A DNA stretch of 64,000 bases, from positions 32,001 to 96,000 of IMG/VR virus record IMGVR_UViG_3300033146_004399; one strand, given 5' to 3'. The translations under genes were made by a program, and so were the position numbers. This document shows, one piece after another, positions 60,659 through 64,000 of this stretch; the stretch's first letter is position 1; every line of letters begins with the position of its first letter. Source of the DNA: a virus. The notes below the pieces were generated by a model, which was not told where the DNA came from, searched no databases, and saw only the letters and a list, made by a program, of their open reading frames with translations.

Positions 60659-62155
60659 TTAAGTCCTTACTTGTAAATTTTTTATACCATTATGTCCGTG
60701 TACGCCACCCGTACCTTTATTTACATGGGATTTAGAGAGTGGGTTAACATTGTAATTATGACATTTAATAATTATTAAACCACCATTACCGTTAGTACTA
60801 GCACCACTATAACCTCCGTCTCCACCTTTTCCTCCATTTCCACCATCACCACCACCACCACCATAACCATCATCATCATCACCACCATTACCACCATTAC
60901 CACCATCACCACCATCACCACCATCACCACCATCACCACCAGATTTTCTAGTAACACCATTTCCACCGTTGGAATTTATTGATGCTGAAGTATTTAGATT
61001 TAAATGTTTCGCTTCTATATAAATAATTTTACCGTGTTCTCCACTTGTACCGTGCGTAGCTCCAGTTCCTTTGGTTCCTAGTAATCCTGCTGAGCCTCCT
61101 TGTCCACCACCACCACCACCACGGCCACCTTTTCCCCACTTCCAAACATTATGCCAGTAGGCGCTTCCGTCCCCGCCATTACCGCCAGAACCTCCTTTAC
61201 CATCCGTTCCATCCTCACCGTCCGTTCCATCAGTCCCGCTAGTCCCATCCATTGTTGATGTTTTATTTAAAGAATTTATACTCAAAACATCATTAAAATT
61301 TAGTATGCTAGTAAAACCTAAAGAAACGTTTGAACCATCTGTTCCGTCCGTTCCGTCCGTTCCGTCCGCACCATCCGTTCCGTCATTACCCGCTCCTGTT
61401 TGAGTTCCTCCACTCCCACCAACTCCAGCATTATTACCACCTCCACCGCCAGAACCTCCACCGCCACCTTGTCTTCCTGTAGCTGCGGTACCAGGTTTTC
61501 CATTAGTATCATAATTTACCCGTGCACCTCCAGCTCTGTTATAATAACCTGTACCTCCTTTACCTCCATACGGATTACAAGGCCAGTGACAATCATATCC
61601 TGAAGAGCCGTGAGTTCCTGAACCACCATCCGAACCATCCGCACCCTTTGTACCTGATGTACCAGCTACACCATTTGTCCCGTTTTCACCACTGAAATTT
61701 ATAGAGGAATTCGCACCCATTAATAATGTATCTTTAACCAATATTACTAATCTATTGCCTGTTCCTGTTGGTTTAATTTTAGAATTAGTTTTCATAGTTA
61801 TATTTTGATATTGATGTATAGTATTAACGCTTAAAAATATAGTTGTATTTGCGGGAACTACTAAATTTCCACCAGAGCCATTCCCGCCTGGATAATTAGT
61901 AGCCCATTCTTCAGCAGTTATGGTTGAAGCAAGTGCAGTATTAACATCTATATCATCTATATATTCATCAACTCCAGGTAAAAGATTAGCATTTCCTCCA
62001 TGTGAGGTTATGTATGCTTTTAATTCGTTAACAGTTATTTCTTCGTTATCTGCAAAATCACTTGAAATCCAATATTCAGATAATGCTTCTTCAATACCTG
62101 AACCAGCAGCTCCAGTGTCTTGTATAAATTTATTTTCTATTACTTCCCAAGCCAT
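60659..62155 (-). CDS. Glycine-rich virion protein (GGX / GXD repeats; polyglycine-II adhesin-like)
   Basis: GGDGGDGGNGG and GTDGTDG runs separated by aromatic loops; SD AAGGAG; AAGATAA at 62174-62180. Confidence 0.75.
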   Translation of the reverse strand: MAWEVIENKFIQDTGAAGSGIEEALSEYWISSDFADNEEITVNELKAYITSHGGNANLLPGVDEYIDDIDVNTALASTITAEEWATNYPGGNGSGGNLVVPANTTIFLSVNTIHQYQNITMKTNSKIKPTGTGNRLVILVKDTLLMGANSSINFSGENGTNGVAGTSGTKGADGSDGGSGTHGSSGYDCHWPCNPYGGKGGTGYYNRAGGARVNYDTNGKPGTAATGRQGGGGGSGGGGGNNAGVGGSGGTQTGAGNDGTDGADGTDGTDGTDGSNVSLGFTSILNFNDVLSINSLNKTSTMDGTSGTDGTDGEDGTDGKGGSGGNGGDGSAYWHNVWKWGKGGRGGGGGGQGGSAGLLGTKGTGATHGTSGEHGKIIYIEAKHLNLNTSASINSNGGNGVTRKSGGDGGDGGDGGDGGNGGNGGDDDDGYGGGGGDGGNGGKGGDGGYSGASTNGNGGLIIIKCHNYNVNPLSKSHVNKGTGGVHGHNGIKNLQVRT

Positions 62156-62241
62156 TTAATACTCCTTATTTATTTATCTTTTAATATAAAATAAAATTAT
62201 TGTAAAGATAATATATAAACCTTATAATATGGAGAAAAATT

Positions 62242-62541
62242 ATGACTTTGAAAAAAATGATAAATGAAATAGTAAATAAACCTAAAAGATATACTTCAGC
62301 TACAGGTATACAAGCAACACAAAAATCAAAAACTCAAAGAATTACTCGTGCTTCAAGAATGGATTTAGTTAAATCTAAAGATCTTGATACCTTAAAAGGT
62401 CAAATGGATGCATCTTTTAAAATGATATTGGCTGCAGCTGATAATACAACAATTGAAGCATATGTTATTGGACGACTTAACATGGTTGCGAAACAAATAA
62501 ATGCTCGTATCGATGCTGAGAAGAAAAAACAAACAAAATAA
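62242..62541 (+). CDS. Hypothetical basic protein
   Basis: SD GGAG; AAGATAA at 62205. Confidence 0.7.
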   Translation: MTLKKMINEIVNKPKRYTSATGIQATQKSKTQRITRASRMDLVKSKDLDTLKGQMDASFKMILAAADNTTIEAYVIGRLNMVAKQINARIDAEKKKQTK

Positions 62542-62813
62542 TGACTATATTTGATTATAAAGCTACGCTTATTGAGGATGAACATGATTCACTTTTATAT
62601 GTATATGACGCTGTAGTTAAGAATGATGCTTTCTATGTTCTTGTATATACTCTTGACGATGAAACTTTATATAAAAAAAAAGTTCCTTTTGATTTTGATA
62701 CAGATAAGAAGTGGAAAATTGTAAGGTCTATGGTGTCATATGATTATCGTTATGTTTTCCATGAAGTATTTAAATATAAAGATATATTTGGTATAGAACG
62801 TTTTTATCAATAA
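62541..62813 (+). CDS. Hypothetical protein
   Basis: TAATG coupling. Confidence 0.65.
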   Translation: MTIFDYKATLIEDEHDSLLYVYDAVVKNDAFYVLVYTLDDETLYKKKVPFDFDTDKKWKIVRSMVSYDYRYVFHEVFKYKDIFGIERFYQ

Positions 62814-62840
62814 AAAAACTTTCCTATTAGGAGAGTTTTT
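62812..62840 (+). terminator. Intrinsic terminator
   Basis: AAAAACTTTCCT-att-AGGAGAGTTTTT (one mismatch). Confidence 0.65.
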
Positions 62841-62881
62841 AATCCCCTTGTGCATATTTAATTATAAATAGGAGATAATAT

Positions 62882-63091
62882 ATGATTGAAATAGGTAAAG
62901 ATATTCACGTAGAACATTCTGAGTATAAAGGTAAGGATTATGTTGCAATTCGTAGATATTATGAAGCTGATGGTGAAATGAAACCTGGTCGTCAAGGTAT
63001 CAATATGAAGGCCGAGGAATGGCTTGAATTCTGTGATAAATTTGAGGATATTAAAGCTGAAGTGAATGCTAATTTATTAGCTGAGGAATAA
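62882..63091 (+). CDS. PC4/YdbC-like ssDNA-binding protein
   Basis: EYKGKDYVAIRRYY..DGEMKPGRQGINM...W pattern. Confidence 0.8.
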   Translation: MIEIGKDIHVEHSEYKGKDYVAIRRYYEADGEMKPGRQGINMKAEEWLEFCDKFEDIKAEVNANLLAEE

Positions 63092-63093
63092 GT

Positions 63094-63612
63094 ATGGGTA
63101 ATTATACAACTATATTTTTAGATATGTGGAAGAGAATGAAGGTGTTGATGATTGTTGTGGGTATACTTTTAGGTATTTCTACATATCTTGGTATGATTAA
63201 TTCAACTCCAATAACGAGTAATTTTTCTATAGGTCTCATTCTTGTTATATTCGCAATATATACTTTTGATATACGGAAAGTGTTGAAAAATGCTGCTATA
63301 GTAAATAAATATTTCTTATATACACCTGCTAAAAATGCAGATGAAACTATAAAAAATGCAACTTTAGGTAATATAAGTACTAATACATATTTTATACTTG
63401 GAACATTATACCTTTTTAATGTAGTTATAAATAGATTAGAATTTGCCAACTTAACACGTTTTACATATGTTATTGGAGATTTTTTATATCTTGGAGCGAT
63501 ACTTTACTTTGTTCAAGCGAAACGATATTTAAATAAATATATAAATCTTGCTATCGAAGACAGCACTGAGGATATTAAAAATAAATTGTTTAAGGGCGGG
63601 AAGGATGACTAA
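63094..63612 (+). CDS. Four-TM membrane protein
   Basis: Two pairs of hydrophobic helices. Confidence 0.7.
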   Translation: MGNYTTIFLDMWKRMKVLMIVVGILLGISTYLGMINSTPITSNFSIGLILVIFAIYTFDIRKVLKNAAIVNKYFLYTPAKNADETIKNATLGNISTNTYFILGTLYLFNVVINRLEFANLTRFTYVIGDFLYLGAILYFVQAKRYLNKYINLAIEDSTEDIKNKLFKGGKDD

Positions 63613-63953
63613 AAATTGGGGTAATTTTATTAGTTGGTATTATTTGTATATCATTAGTAGTTATGATAATAGTAAGACCTATTGTTAACGATAAACAACC
63701 TGAAATCATAACCGAAACAGTAGAAGTAGAGAATGTTATCATTCAAGATAACATGTTGAATAGACTAATTGATGAACCTGGAATAAATTTTTGGAATATA
63801 TCATCTTATGAGGATGATACTAGTTTCTATTTAACAGTAGAATTTGACTTTGTTAAAGATACTAAAGTTAAACTTCAAAGAAAGTTTAAATCACCAATGG
63901 AATTGAATGAAAATATAAACTTAATATTAGAAGAAGCAAGGAGTTTAAAATGA
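63605..63953 (+). CDS. Membrane-anchored protein with apparent +1 frameshift in A5 run at 63611-63615
   Basis: TM helix KIGVILLVGIICISLVV is in frame with 63663 ORF, but ATG 63605 is one base out of frame. Confidence 0.55.
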
Positions 63954-64000
63954 GGAATAAAACTATAGGTTGGATATTAGCTTTTCTACCAGTTACATTT
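63950..64000 (+). CDS. Partial ORF running off window
   Basis: ATGA coupling, SD AAGGAG; MRNKTIGWILAFLPVTF. Confidence 0.55.
   Translation, partial: MRNKTIGWILAFLPVTF

Noticed and set aside
46679-62155. Diversity-generating retroelement acting on fibre genes
   Set aside because: No reverse transcriptase and no template/variable repeat pair differing at adenines was seen in the window.
62863-62870. T4-type late promoter TATAAATA upstream of the PC4-like gene
   Set aside because: An all-AT 8-mer is expected by chance in this genome and is not recurrent upstream of structural genes.
1123-63449. Short ORF-track entries antisense to or nested in long genes (e.g. 3608-4231, 26291-26596, 50512-50910, 60775-60966)
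   Set aside because: They are shadow frames of repetitive or biased coding sequence, with no SD and implausible composition.
1-64000. Alternative genetic code (TGA or TAG reassigned)
   Set aside because: Long genes are uninterrupted in code 11, and TGA/TAG end genes at ATGA overlaps and operon junctions; only one in-frame TGA (40168) was seen.
1-64000. Eukaryotic giant virus (NCLDV) origin, suggested by KYG- and DUF723-type endonucleases
   Set aside because: SD motifs, coupled operons, intrinsic terminators, gp17-type terminase and a sigma factor indicate a bacteriophage.

Overview
AT-rich, densely coding segment of a large tailed bacteriophage, probably a jumbo or T4-like myovirus. Evidence: Shine-Dalgarno motifs, intrinsic terminators, a T4 gp17-type large terminase, a gp55-like sigma factor and several 500-2300 aa virion/fibre proteins. 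It also carries host-like genes (ClpP, M23 peptidase, stand-alone receiver domain, an SLT-like protein lacking the catalytic Glu, PC4-like ssDNA-binding protein, BTLCP-type protease, a lipoprotein) and a block of small accessory ORFs. There are ten intact free-standing homing-endonuclease-like genes of four types plus one relic. Three observations stand out. (1) Several endonuclease genes sit between a recurring AAGATAA promoter-like motif and a virion/packaging gene and encode that gene's ribosome-binding site in their own 3' end; in two cases a synonymously recoded duplicate of the target gene's N-terminus is present. (2) The 2157-aa fibre protein has a mirror-symmetric nested ('matryoshka') domain architecture over about 1130 aa. 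(3) AAGATAA lies upstream of about 17 genes, four times only 4-5 nt before an SD-less ATG. No tRNA, rRNA, CRISPR array, integrase or intron could be supported. All family assignments come from motif recognition by eye; no database search was run.
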